From an uncultured delta proteobacterium (lineage in GTDB: Bacteria > Desulfobacterota > RBG-13-43-22), in assembly GCA_963790475.1 (NCBI GenBank), contig CAWBOS010000012.1, positions 1,216,001 to 1,280,000 of the forward strand: a stretch of DNA of 64,000 nucleotides. Reading direction: 5' to 3'. This document shows positions 18,004 to 27,747 of this stretch, one piece after another (position 1 is the stretch's first letter; every line of letters begins with the position of its first letter). The notes below the pieces were generated by a model. That model was given only the letters and a program-made list of their open reading frames with translations, was not told the DNA's origin and made no database searches. The position numbers and the translations under genes are program-made.

Positions 18004-19695
18004 GTGGCTGAGGATAAAAGGTGGTTGAAAAGCTATGATGAAGGAGTTCCGCACTCCCTGAAACCTTATCCGGAAATGACTCTGGTCGACTATGTGGATA
18101 AGGCGGTCAAGGAAAAACCCCAGGCCGATATGCTGATCTTCAAAAAACGGCATATGTCTTATATGGAAGTCAATAAGCTGAGTGATGAGTTTGCCGCGGC
18201 CCTGTTTAGGCTGGGTGTGAAAAAAGGCGACCGTGTGGCCCTGGTTATGCCCAATTGCCCCCAAGCCATCATCTGCCGCTGGGGTTCCTGGAAAGTCGGT
18301 GCCATCCTGGTGCACCTGAACCCCGTCTATACCGAGGCGGAGATGGAACACGCCCTGAAGGACTGTGGTGCCGAAACGGTAGTGGTGCTGACACCGTTTT
18401 ACCAGGGGATCAAGAAGCTTCAAGGCAAGACGGCGGTGAAAACTGTCATTGCCACCAGCATCAAGGAATACTTGCCACCCCTGTTAAAAGTACTCTTTAC
18501 CCTATTGAAGGAAAAGAAGGAAGGTCATTATATTGTCATTGAAAAGGATGATCTGTGGCTGCAGGATTTGATGAAAAAGCACGCCGGCGCCGAGCGGCCG
18601 AAGGTGGCCGTCAAGCCGGAAGACCCGGCCCTGATCCTGTTCAGCGGCGGCACTACCGGTCTGCCCAAGGGTGTAGTCGGCTCACATTTCTCCCAGGTGG
18701 CCACCGGCCTGCAATTCCAGGCCTGGGTAAAAAAATACATTGAGCCCTATAAAGATGTCTTGATCGCTGTGCTCCCGCTTTTTCATTCATTCGGGACTTA
18801 CGCCGTTATGTGCACTTCAGTCGTCAACGATATGCCGTTGGCGCTGGTGCCCAACCCCCGCGACCGTGATGACGTAATCGGGACCATCCAGTACACCAAG
18901 CCGGCCTTCTTCGTAGCGGTGCCGGCACTCTTCATTACCCTGATGGAGCACCCCAAGGTCAAGGCGGGCAAGGTCGATTTCAGGTCCATGAAGACCTGTT
19001 GCTCGGGTGCCGCTCCGCTTCTGGCCGAGACTAAAAAGCGCTTTGAGGACCTGACAGGCGGGCGCATCCTGGAGGGCTATGCCTTGACGGAGACCACCAT
19101 GGCCGCCTGCGTGGGGCCCTATATGGGCAAATACAAGGAAGGATCAGTAGGCCTGCCTCTGCCCGACGTGGCCGTGCGGATCGGCGATATCGAGACCGGT
19201 GAAGGAGAGCTCCCGCCGGGTCAAGAGGGCGAGATCGTTTTCAGCGCGCCGAACCTCATGTTGGGCTATTGGCAGAAACCGGAAGAGACCAAGGAGATGC
19301 TGCGAGACAACTGGCTGTACACTGGCGATGTGGGCTATATGGATGAGGACGGCTATGTCTTCATTACCTCACGTAAAAAAGATCTGATTAAACCCAGCGG
19401 TTTCCAGGTTTGGCCCCGAGAGGTGGAAGAGGTGATCAGTGCTCACCCGGCCGTAGCCGAGGCCAGTGTGGCCGGCATTCCCGACGCCAAACAGGGCGAG
19501 GCCGTCAAAGCCTGGGTCGTGCTCAAAGAGGGCAAATCAGCCACCGCCGAGGAAATTCAGGCCTGGTGCCGCGAGAAACTCGTGGCTTACAAAGTGCCCA
19601 AGACCGTGGAGTTCCGCAGCGAACTGCCCAAGACCATGGTGGGCAAGGTCCTGCGCAGGGTATTGGTAGAGGAAGAAAAGGGAAAGGCAAGATAA
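18004..19695 (+). CDS. Long-chain fatty acid--CoA ligase
   Basis: FSGGTTGLPKG, EGYALTE, YTGDVG, PKTMVGKVLRR; AAGGAGG RBS before GTG at 18004. Confidence 0.93.
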   Translation: MAEDKRWLKSYDEGVPHSLKPYPEMTLVDYVDKAVKEKPQADMLIFKKRHMSYMEVNKLSDEFAAALFRLGVKKGDRVALVMPNCPQAIICRWGSWKVGAILVHLNPVYTEAEMEHALKDCGAETVVVLTPFYQGIKKLQGKTAVKTVIATSIKEYLPPLLKVLFTLLKEKKEGHYIVIEKDDLWLQDLMKKHAGAERPKVAVKPEDPALILFSGGTTGLPKGVVGSHFSQVATGLQFQAWVKKYIEPYKDVLIAVLPLFHSFGTYAVMCTSVVNDMPLALVPNPRDRDDVIGTIQYTKPAFFVAVPALFITLMEHPKVKAGKVDFRSMKTCCSGAAPLLAETKKRFEDLTGGRILEGYALTETTMAACVGPYMGKYKEGSVGLPLPDVAVRIGDIETGEGELPPGQEGEIVFSAPNLMLGYWQKPEETKEMLRDNWLYTGDVGYMDEDGYVFITSRKKDLIKPSGFQVWPREVEEVISAHPAVAEASVAGIPDAKQGEAVKAWVVLKEGKSATAEEIQAWCREKLVAYKVPKTVEFRSELPKTMVGKVLRRVLVEEEKGKAR

Positions 19696-19738
19696 CCGGA
19701 TGAAGGCAACCTAAGTACGAAAAGGAAGGAGATAGGAT

Positions 19739-20749
19739 ATGAAAGCAGCCGTCATGCACGGAGCAAGGGACATCAGGACCGAAACCGTACCCGATCCCGT
19801 TCTCGAACCCCATGGGGTGATTATCAAAGTGAAGGCTTGTGGTATTTGCGGGTCTGATCTTCACGTCTATAAACGCGATGGCCAGGAGGGGACCATCTTC
19901 GGGCACGAATTCAGCGGCGATGTGGTGGAATGCGGGTCTCAGGTGACGGGCATCTCACCGGGGATGCGCGTGACGGCTGTCGGATTCAAACCTTGCGGAA
20001 AATGTTTCTGGTGTTCCCAGGGAAAGGGATATCGTTGTTCCGACATGGCGCTTCTCGGCTATCAATTTCCAGGGGCCATGGCGGAATATGTCCATGTTCC
20101 TTTTGCCGCCTTCGGCCGCACCGTGTTCCCGCTGCCTGAGGAATTGACCTACGAAGATGGGGCGTCTGTTGAGCCCCTTTCCATTTCTTATTTTTCTGTC
20201 AGAAAAGCCCAGCCTAAGGAGAATGAATCCATTGCCGTCATCGGCTTGGGCGTCATCGGCCTGAATGCCGTCCAGGTGTTGAAAGCCATGGGGGTTTCTC
20301 AGATTCTGGCCAGCGGTCGCAGACCTTCTCGTCTGGAAGCCGCTAAAGCTTTCGGGGCCGAGATAGCCATTGACGCGGCTAAGGATGATGCCGTCAAAGC
20401 AGTAATAGAGGCAACAGGCAAAATGGGCGTCAATACGGTCATTGAATGTGTGGGTACCCAGGCAACCTTTGATCAGTCCGTCGCCATGGCCCGGGGCGGC
20501 GGAAAAATCATGCTGGTCGGGGTTTACGAGAAACCCCTCACCTGGAACCCCCAGCCCGTGATCTCCAAGAACCTCTCCCTCATCGGCTGTCTGGGAGGCA
20601 ACTTTCCGGCATCGATTGAGCTGCTCAAAAAGGACCAGGTTAACGCCAAGCCCCTGATCACCCATAGATTCTTATTGGATCAGGCCGCCGAGGCCTTCAA
20701 AGCACAGCTTCAGGACCCCGGTGCCATCAAGGTGATGATCAAACCCTAA
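19739..20749 (+). CDS. Zn-dependent MDR dehydrogenase
   Basis: CGICGSDLH, GHEFSG, CGKCFWC..C, GLGVIG. Confidence 0.92.
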   Translation: MKAAVMHGARDIRTETVPDPVLEPHGVIIKVKACGICGSDLHVYKRDGQEGTIFGHEFSGDVVECGSQVTGISPGMRVTAVGFKPCGKCFWCSQGKGYRCSDMALLGYQFPGAMAEYVHVPFAAFGRTVFPLPEELTYEDGASVEPLSISYFSVRKAQPKENESIAVIGLGVIGLNAVQVLKAMGVSQILASGRRPSRLEAAKAFGAEIAIDAAKDDAVKAVIEATGKMGVNTVIECVGTQATFDQSVAMARGGGKIMLVGVYEKPLTWNPQPVISKNLSLIGCLGGNFPASIELLKKDQVNAKPLITHRFLLDQAAEAFKAQLQDPGAIKVMIKP

Positions 20750-20856
20750 TGATACCCTGATCATGGGATCCTTTCTGAAAACCTTAAGAAAATAGGCGCT
20801 GTTTTAATTTTTGTTAGCGGTAGCTTATGAAAAATTAGGACAGAAAATTAAAGGAG

Positions 20857-21144
20857 ATGAGCATGGATGAAATATTTTTAAAAAAAGTTCGGGCTGCGGC
20901 AGTGGCTGGATGGTGGACTTTGTTAATTGCCTTTGGTATCCTGCTGATTCAATGGTTTGCTTATTTGCTGATTATGACCAATCAGCCGGCAGGAATGGGT
21001 TGCTTATGGGGTAAGGGCTTTACCTGGCCGGAAATCCGTACTATCTGGCTAAGGGCAATGGTGACCTATAAGTTCGTCGTCGGCATGATCTTATTTGTCG
21101 TCATCTGGCTGACACTTTGGGCAAGACAACTGGCAAAAAAATAA
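20857..21144 (+). CDS. Small membrane protein
   Basis: 95 aa, two hydrophobic segments, AAGGAG RBS. Confidence 0.7.
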   Translation: MSMDEIFLKKVRAAAVAGWWTLLIAFGILLIQWFAYLLIMTNQPAGMGCLWGKGFTWPEIRTIWLRAMVTYKFVVGMILFVVIWLTLWARQLAKK

Positions 21145-21230
21145 TAATGAACGTAGTGGATGAATAGCGGTTTCTTTATTTCAAAAAGTCTGAAAAACCG
21201 TAGGTCTTGGACAAAATCATCTTTGCCAAT

Positions 21231-22220
21231 TTATTCCTGTCGCTCTTTTTGCCAGGATAAAATAGTTTTCCCGATCCATTCATCGGCATTCAAAAGTATG
21301 GATAAATGATTTTCTTTTTTGATAATTTGGCTCACCGATTTTTTCTGTATCGCGCTTTCAGCATAGGTCGCATATTTGATCACTTTTTCAGGTGAAAACA
21401 AGTCATCATTGGCTCCAATAAACAAACCAAAAGGTTTATCTATTTTCTTGAACTGCTCCCGCGGATTATCCGGGGTCATTGATAAAGACATGTTGCGCGT
21501 AATGGATTTGAGAAGCAAAGGTTGTGCCGCCCGGATTTTCTCGGGATAATTAAAATAAACCGCTTGAGTGTTTCCAAAAAAGCGCCCACCGGAAATGGCC
21601 GATAGTATAAAAACCCATTTTTTGACGGAAACAAAGTAGTCTTTTGCGTTTTCACGGGCCGTGTCGGATTTATATCCAAATTGTGGTGAGACAAAGAAAT
21701 AGCCGTCAACCCCTTCTCTCTTATCCCAGACTGAATAATTTAATAACAGTCCGCCACCGGAAGAATGGCCGCCCAGAAATACAGGAATTCCCGGGTTGTT
21801 TCTTCGGACCATAGTGACAAATGGATTCAGATCTTTCCAGACCTGATCGACGGAAGGAGCGTCACCCCGTGGACCGCCGGAATTACCATGACCCCGCAGA
21901 TCAACAAGATATACGGAAGTTTGATATTTTTCACTCAACCCCTGGGCCAGATGTTGATAGCCGGCTCCACTATAGGCCCCCCCTCCATGGATAAATATCA
22001 AGGCGGCCACCGGTTTTGCCGGCGGAATTTTTGTATAATAGGCCAGATCAATTCCGTCAGAGGCTTTTAGAAATTGCGGTTTGTTCAGGAAAACCTTTGG
22101 CCCCTTCTGTATCTCCTCAAAAGATATCGGCCTTGGTTGTTCCTTGGATTTGCATCCACCCAGGAAGATCACTATCAGAAGAATAGGGAGAAATGGAATA
22201 ATAAGGCTTGCCTTGATCAT
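21231..22220 (-). CDS. Alpha/beta hydrolase lipoprotein (lysophospholipase-like)
   Basis: Lipobox LGGC; FIHGGG, DLRGHGNS, GHSSGG. Confidence 0.85.
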   Translation of the reverse strand: MIKASLIIPFLPILLIVIFLGGCKSKEQPRPISFEEIQKGPKVFLNKPQFLKASDGIDLAYYTKIPPAKPVAALIFIHGGGAYSGAGYQHLAQGLSEKYQTSVYLVDLRGHGNSGGPRGDAPSVDQVWKDLNPFVTMVRRNNPGIPVFLGGHSSGGGLLLNYSVWDKREGVDGYFFVSPQFGYKSDTARENAKDYFVSVKKWVFILSAISGGRFFGNTQAVYFNYPEKIRAAQPLLLKSITRNMSLSMTPDNPREQFKKIDKPFGLFIGANDDLFSPEKVIKYATYAESAIQKKSVSQIIKKENHLSILLNADEWIGKTILSWQKERQE

Positions 22221-22373
22221 GATTTATTTACTCTTTATTGTAATATTTTTAAAACCCGATTTTTGATAGATGTAAAACGGTCTTCATCTCTACCATGGCC
22301 CGGCCTCAATTTAAGAACAAATTAAAAATCCCAAATTAGGAAGAATCATCAACCTAATCATCAACCGCTTTTG

Positions 22374-23429
22374 TTACTTTAAAACATAATATACCGACCT
22401 TCCTGCACCCTCCGGCTTAATCACTTTGAGATCAACCAGCCTGGCTAATTCCTTATGAACCGCTTGGGCCGATATTTTAAAAAGTGTCTGCAAATCCTTA
22501 TTCGTGACTTTGCCGTAAGCGTTCATAAATTCAACAATCTTCATCTGCCTGTCGGTAAGAGTAATTGGCGCCTTCAAAGAGCGTTTTTTCTTGGAACCCA
22601 ATTTCAAGATCGCTTCCTTAACCTCGTTTACCGAATAGGTGACACCTGTTGTGAAATATTCGAGCCATTTAGTAGTATCGCCATCATTTTCCTGCACAGT
22701 CTTCAGAGCCGAATAATAGGCTGGCCTGTCCCGGTCATAAAAATCATCAAAGGCAAAAAGCCTGCGGTGATTAAACCCGCTTAAGTAGAGAATGAGTGCG
22801 GCCAATAGCCGGGACGTGCGGCCATTGCCGTCAATAAAAGGGTGGATCCTGGCAATTTCATAATGGGCGATTCCAGCCAGTAAGACTGGGTTTGTTTCCC
22901 AGGTTTGGTCAAGATTCAACCAGGCAATAAATTCTTTCACCAGATGAGGCACCTCCTCAGTCTTGGGGGGCCTATATACGACTTCTGATTTAAAGACGGT
23001 AGCATTAAAAACCCGTCTGCCCACAAAGACTTGTCGGTTACGAAAATCTCCGCTTTGGGTTTTGTCAGGCAAAACGTCTTTGGAAATCATCTTGTGAATA
23101 TTCAAAAGGTCTTCAACTTTGATTTTGCCATTTTCGGCAAAGGAATGAACGGTATCCAAGGCTTCAAGATAATTAAGCACCTCTTTTTTGTCTTTATCGG
23201 CAGCAATAATCTCCTTGCCTTCGGCCAGGGCCTCGACCTGCTCAAGAGTAAGTTGATTGCCTTCGATGGCGGTAGATGAATGGGTGTTACGAAGTTTAGC
23301 CTGCCTGCGCAGCGAGGCTTCCCATTTAGGCACCAGATGCGCTTGCTCGACAACTTCACGGGCCGAGGCAATAAGAGTGAGGTTATTGAGTATCTTTTCG
23401 GTTATGGTATATTTCGGATTAAAAGCCAA
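22374..23429 (-). CDS. Fic-family protein with C-terminal HTH
   Basis: HPFIDGNGRTSR catalytic motif; STAIEGN inhibitory motif; TTG start after GGAGAGG. Confidence 0.92.
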   Translation of the reverse strand: MAFNPKYTITEKILNNLTLIASAREVVEQAHLVPKWEASLRRQAKLRNTHSSTAIEGNQLTLEQVEALAEGKEIIAADKDKKEVLNYLEALDTVHSFAENGKIKVEDLLNIHKMISKDVLPDKTQSGDFRNRQVFVGRRVFNATVFKSEVVYRPPKTEEVPHLVKEFIAWLNLDQTWETNPVLLAGIAHYEIARIHPFIDGNGRTSRLLAALILYLSGFNHRRLFAFDDFYDRDRPAYYSALKTVQENDGDTTKWLEYFTTGVTYSVNEVKEAILKLGSKKKRSLKAPITLTDRQMKIVEFMNAYGKVTNKDLQTLFKISAQAVHKELARLVDLKVIKPEGAGRSVYYVLK

Positions 23430-23559
23430 TGGTTGCCTCTCCAATCTACAAAGGCTCTCTATGCGAATTCTCAACTATCAATTTTTGCCTTAAAAAGGGC
23501 CATATAGGCCTAAAATAAGCCCTCTTGCTAAATAATTATCAGGTATTCTGACCAGTTCG

Positions 23560-23573
23560 CGTGGCCCGCCCCC
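23560..23573 (+). repeat. CGTGGCCCG(A/C)CCCC short repeat, copy 1
   Basis: Matches 24407-24424 and the reverse complement of 27748-27765. Confidence 0.6.
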
Positions 23574-23594
23574 AAATTAACAATCTGGATCTTC

Positions 23595-23765
23595 CTAAAT
23601 TTCTGCTGCCCTTAGTTTTGTCCTTATTTCTTTTTCTCGCTCATCTAAGATAATCCGATTGAACTCATTTATTTCTTCCAGCCATCGTAGTTTTTCTTCG
23701 GTGGAAAGTTTCAAATATTCGATTATCTTCTCCTCTTCGAGGGTATATTGAAATCCTTTTTTCAT
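23595..23765 (-). CDS. Small (56 aa) partner of nucleotidyltransferase
   Basis: MKKGFQYTLEEEKIIEYLKLSTEEKLRWLEEINEFNR...; ATGA overlap with the upstream stop; below the ORF-track cutoff. Confidence 0.7.
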   Translation of the reverse strand: MKKGFQYTLEEEKIIEYLKLSTEEKLRWLEEINEFNRIILDEREKEIRTKLRAAEI

Positions 23766-24262
23766 TTTATTTCCCCAAGATACTTTCTGACTTTTTTCAG
23801 CATTTTTATATCACTGGCATCTTGAATTCTTCCGCTGAATTCCTTGGTCTTTATAAGGTCATTTATGGATGCCAGATAAATCTCAAAATCCTTGACTTTC
23901 TTCACGGTTTTGTTCTTAAACGATTCTTCAAAATGGAGCGGGTGGACGAGCAGGATGTCGATCACCTTATAGTTGTCTTGCTTATGATAAAAACTGAAGG
24001 CTTTAAGATTTCTGTTTTCAATCCAGTCTTTCACTTTCTCAGAATCAGTCAGGTCCTTCGGATTCACCGGCAACCGGGGAGTATAACCAAGATACTTCAG
24101 TACTTCGTTAATTTTAATAATATTTGATTTTCTCGTTGAAATAATAAGGTCAATATCTTGAGTCAATCGCGGTACACCGTAAAGGTTAACCGCAAGCCCA
24201 CCAACAATAAGATATCGCACCTTTTTCTTATACAAGGCCTCCAGAATTTCAAAATAATACAT
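23762..24262 (-). CDS. Nucleotidyltransferase (DUF6036-like)
   Basis: YLIVGGLAVNLYGVPRLTQDIDL...IDIL...DLIKTK...RIQDASDI. Confidence 0.85.
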   Translation of the reverse strand: MYYFEILEALYKKKVRYLIVGGLAVNLYGVPRLTQDIDLIISTRKSNIIKINEVLKYLGYTPRLPVNPKDLTDSEKVKDWIENRNLKAFSFYHKQDNYKVIDILLVHPLHFEESFKNKTVKKVKDFEIYLASINDLIKTKEFSGRIQDASDIKMLKKVRKYLGEIK

Positions 24263-24406
24263 TTAATGCTGCCCCATTTTTTATTTGTTTTTTACCCTCA
24301 ATCATATCTTTTAGAATTTCTAACCACCGATTTATTACTTCAAAAAGTGTGATATAGATCTTTTTAAAGCTCGTTTTATTAACGGCCTTGAAATGATTTT
24401 GATCTG

Positions 24407-24424
24407 TTGACGTGGCCCGACCCC
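24407..24424 (+). repeat. TTGACGTGGCCCGACCCC repeat, copy 2
   Basis: Near-identical to the reverse complement of 27748-27765. Confidence 0.65.
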
Positions 24425-24513
24425 AGATTCATTTCATTCGCGCCTTTTGACCGAAAGTATACCCGACCCCTCTTTCGGCAGAGAGTCTTTCCCTCTAACC
24501 ATCCATAGCCGTT

Positions 24514-25668
24514 CTAAAATGGGATATCGTCTTCGGGGAAAGGACCCTTAGTCTGCTCAGCTTCTTTGAAATTATTCCATTGCTCAGCAAACGGCTTCAT
24601 CCATGGATTCTCAAGGCTTTGCGTTCCATCCTCTTTATACTCTAAAAATGAGTGGAGAGCATTATAGAACCTCTTGTCCCCTTCCTTGAGTCCCCGTTTG
24701 ACAGCAGCCTGAAACATCCAGTTTGGTTTCTGCAGAACCTTTGATATCTCATCGAACAAGTACTGGAAGACACAGTCCTGTTCATACGTGTCTGAACTAC
24801 TGAGCTTTTCTATACAGGCATCCGCTGTTTCCTGCTTTAGAAGAAAGTATCTTGCCCTCCCTCTTGCCCATGTTCCCAAAGCCCCCTTTAGGCACTTGTT
24901 TTGGCTTATGTCGTAGGAGCCAATTTTTATGGACTTGATAATCATATTCTCTGCACGCATTCTGCTAATTTCATCAAGTCTGGACCAGTATTCCATCGGA
25001 AAAGCCTGCATTAATGTGTAGATCGGTTTGTCCTCATCAGTGATTCTCAATTCCTCAGAGATGACTTTATAAAGTTCGGTGATTTCCTCATCTATCATCC
25101 GTTTCAACAAGGCGTTCACAAAATACTTTATCTTATTGAATTGACCTTCTCTCTGCCTAAAAACCTTTATCATGACGTCGAGCCGCTTACGGGGCGGAAC
25201 TTGCTCTGCCAACAGGGCGCCGTATCTATCTTTTTCGACGAAGTCCGGATCAAACACCAGTTTAAGAAAGCTGGACTCTGAGAATTGTGTCCTAGATTGA
25301 TCGATTATTCCTATCAACCAGTTGACGAATATAATGATTGAATCAGCGTCGATAACTTTATCGCTGTATTTCTCGTGGCTTCTTGGATTACGAATAGCCT
25401 TAATGATTCCGCGCAGTATTTGTTCCAACCCCTCTTGAACATTCCAATCCGATTCGGTCTGAAGGCTATTCACTTTCAGTCTAGGTTGTTTTCCTCCGAA
25501 AGCCTGACCGATGAGGGCCACGCCATCACTTTCTATCCCTGTTTTATCTCTAATAAGGTCGTTCAGGAAGTAGATACTATCAAGGATGGATGACGTATAC
25601 CTACTGTTTTCGTAGTTCTCTCTAATGGTCTGCCAGAGTCTCTCGTCAATCCTAGTTTCCAAATTCAT
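24514..25668 (-). CDS. TIGR02391-family protein
   Basis: IRDKTGIESDGVALIGQAFGG..P.LKVN.LQTESD.NVQEG...IRNPRSHE; low-GC accessory gene. Confidence 0.8.
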   Translation of the reverse strand: MNLETRIDERLWQTIRENYENSRYTSSILDSIYFLNDLIRDKTGIESDGVALIGQAFGGKQPRLKVNSLQTESDWNVQEGLEQILRGIIKAIRNPRSHEKYSDKVIDADSIIIFVNWLIGIIDQSRTQFSESSFLKLVFDPDFVEKDRYGALLAEQVPPRKRLDVMIKVFRQREGQFNKIKYFVNALLKRMIDEEITELYKVISEELRITDEDKPIYTLMQAFPMEYWSRLDEISRMRAENMIIKSIKIGSYDISQNKCLKGALGTWARGRARYFLLKQETADACIEKLSSSDTYEQDCVFQYLFDEISKVLQKPNWMFQAAVKRGLKEGDKRFYNALHSFLEYKEDGTQSLENPWMKPFAEQWNNFKEAEQTKGPFPEDDIPF

Positions 25669-25776
25669 TCATAACCCCCCTTTCCATCCAAAACGGTATG
25701 CCGAATTATAAAAATCAGGAAATCAAAACCTTAGTTCCTTGCCCACAGACACAAACAGGCAAATACTTCTGGCCGT

Positions 25777-25920
25777 TCTGTGCAAGTTATTTTATGGTTT
25801 CTGAATGTATTCCCAACCCCAAAAGTTATATTAGAGTCGCATAGCAAATAATTTTGGTTTACCAGCCCAGCCTCCAATGTTTTATTTTATCATATCATTC
25901 TTAAACTATTATAAATAATT
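25777..25920 (-). promoter_or_regulatory. attI-like plus promoter element, copy C (diverged)
   Basis: CAAGTTATTTTATGGTTTCTGAATGTATTCCCAACCCC and TTTTATCATATCATTCTTAAACTATTATAAATAATT match blocks of 8581-8707; TGATATGAT extended -10. Confidence 0.55.
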
Positions 25921-26022
25921 ATAAGCCCTTAAGCGGTCTATTACAATAATTTAATTTTTGCCTTTTTAATGAATTATCATTTCTAGAATTTTAGATAGAA
26001 AAAGCAGAATTTTTGGTGTTGT

Positions 26023-26886
26023 TCAAATCACTTCTTGAAACATCTCGTCGGACAGTTGTCCCTCAGCGATACGGGTTACGGGTCCGGTCATGGTAACAGC
26101 GAAGTTTTCATCGATGGTGATGTGGAGTTGGCCGCCGGGCATATGGACGGTGATAGGGGAATCACAGAGCCCGAGCTTTCGGGCCACGGCCGCGGCAGCA
26201 CTGCTGCTGCTGCCTGAGGCCAGGGTGTAGCCCGCACCCCGCTCCCAGATCTCGATCCGGATATTGTGACGATCCAGCACTTTTAAAAACTGCACATTGG
26301 TGCGATTGGGGAACATAGGGTGAACTTCCAAAAGAGGGCCGTAGCTTTTGGCTAACTCCGGGGTAAGGTTCTCGACTTGGATGACACAATGGGGGTTGCC
26401 GATGGTTGCCCCGTTGAAAAGAAAGGTCGTCTCGATAATGGTGATCGGCTCCTGCAGGACCTCCCGGGGCTTTCCGGGAACGGGGATATCGGGGCTCCAA
26501 AAGCTTACCCGGCCCATCTCCACCTGGACCTGCCTACCGGCATCCAACACCAGGCATTGGACCAGGCCTCCCTTGGTTTCAATAGGGAAGGATTGTTTAT
26601 TAACGAGTTTCCGGTCCCAGAGATAGCGGCAAAAGATACGCAAGCCATTGCCGCTCTTTTCCGCCTCACTCCCATCGGGGTTGAAGATACGAAGCGAAAA
26701 AGGGGCTTTTTGAGAGGGCAGGGGACCTAATAGAATTCCATCGGAGCCGAGGCCATAGTTTCGGTGGCAGATGATCCTTATCCGGTCCTGAGTAAGATCA
26801 AGGGGCTGATCCTGGGGATCCAGGACTATATAATCATTGCCCAGGGCATGGTATTTGTAGAATTTCATCGATTTCATGCTGAACAA
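26023..26886 (-). CDS. dapF: Diaminopimelate epimerase
   Basis: KYHALGNDY, GSDG, NPDGSEAEKSGNG, GNPHC, WERGAGYTLASGS (Ser variant at the catalytic Cys positions). Confidence 0.9.
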   Translation of the reverse strand: MFSMKSMKFYKYHALGNDYIVLDPQDQPLDLTQDRIRIICHRNYGLGSDGILLGPLPSQKAPFSLRIFNPDGSEAEKSGNGLRIFCRYLWDRKLVNKQSFPIETKGGLVQCLVLDAGRQVQVEMGRVSFWSPDIPVPGKPREVLQEPITIIETTFLFNGATIGNPHCVIQVENLTPELAKSYGPLLEVHPMFPNRTNVQFLKVLDRHNIRIEIWERGAGYTLASGSSSSAAAAVARKLGLCDSPITVHMPGGQLHITIDENFAVTMTGPVTRIAEGQLSDEMFQEVI

Positions 26887-26947
26887 TAATTTTTCGAATT
26901 GAGCGACTGATAGGCAAGATTTTCTATTTGCCGGCCCGATGATGTTA

Positions 26948-27358
26948 TTAGGCCACAGGATATGGCAATAACTTTAATCCGGCAATAAAATGATAATCGC
27001 GATGGTTCTTTGAAATGAATGGTTGATTCAAAACCAAGGCGGTAGCGGCTATCAGCGCATCCGGTATCAACAAACCGTGACTCAGCCGATATTGACGAAT
27101 TAGTTTTATCGTAACATCGCTGATGGCTTCATTTAGTTTGATAATTTGGAAACGTTGGAGAAAACGTTCGGTGTTGCGTAGCTCGACTTTATTCCGACAG
27201 CCGACAATTATCTCCATTGGGGTTATTGCGCCAACGGCCAATACGGATTGCTGTTCAATTTGAGCCGGGCAATCGATTGCCACGTTGATCTGCAAGGCCG
27301 CATCAATCAGAATATCGGTATCAATGATCGTCAAGCTATTCAGGCGCTGCGTTTCCAT
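26948..27358 (-). CDS. vapC: PIN-domain VapC toxin
   Basis: IIDTDILID...EIIVG...IPDALIAATA...SKNHRDY. Confidence 0.88.
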   Translation of the reverse strand: METQRLNSLTIIDTDILIDAALQINVAIDCPAQIEQQSVLAVGAITPMEIIVGCRNKVELRNTERFLQRFQIIKLNEAISDVTIKLIRQYRLSHGLLIPDALIAATALVLNQPFISKNHRDYHFIAGLKLLPYPVA

Positions 27359-27582
27359 TCTTCCTTACGCAGACTTCGCACCCAGGCTGCGCCATCTTTG
27401 ATATCTTCCCGCCCTCGCCACATTCCAATGAAAGGCTCATCGGACAACTTGATTCGTCTCGTTTTCCCGGAAGATTGTTTCGTGGGGTAACGGACTTTCA
27501 AAAAGGCTACAAAGTCGATAACTTCTTTCTGGGCTTCAGGCGGTAACGATGCTATCTCTCGAACGATATTGGCAGTTTCCAT
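27340..27582 (-). CDS. DUF2281-family antitoxin
   Basis: IASLPPEAQKEVIDFVAFLK...FIGMW; overlaps vapC start. Confidence 0.8.
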   Translation of the reverse strand: METANIVREIASLPPEAQKEVIDFVAFLKVRYPTKQSSGKTRRIKLSDEPFIGMWRGREDIKDGAAWVRSLRKEEWKRSA

Positions 27583-27747
27583 TTCTTAACTCCTTTCCGC
27601 TAATAATAATATCCGTGGCCGCCTGTCAGTTGAATTCCTGTGCCATCAGCGCCAAGGGGCCATCGGGGTGAAGACACATTTTCCTATGATTGATCTAGTT
27701 AATATTTTTTGCATATCTGCCGGTTTGTGTCAACTTATTTAGGAAGA

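Noticed and set aside
26940-27610. DUF2281-VapC pair as an integron cassette
   Set aside because: Only weak GCCTAAT / ATTAGCG words; no attC stem.
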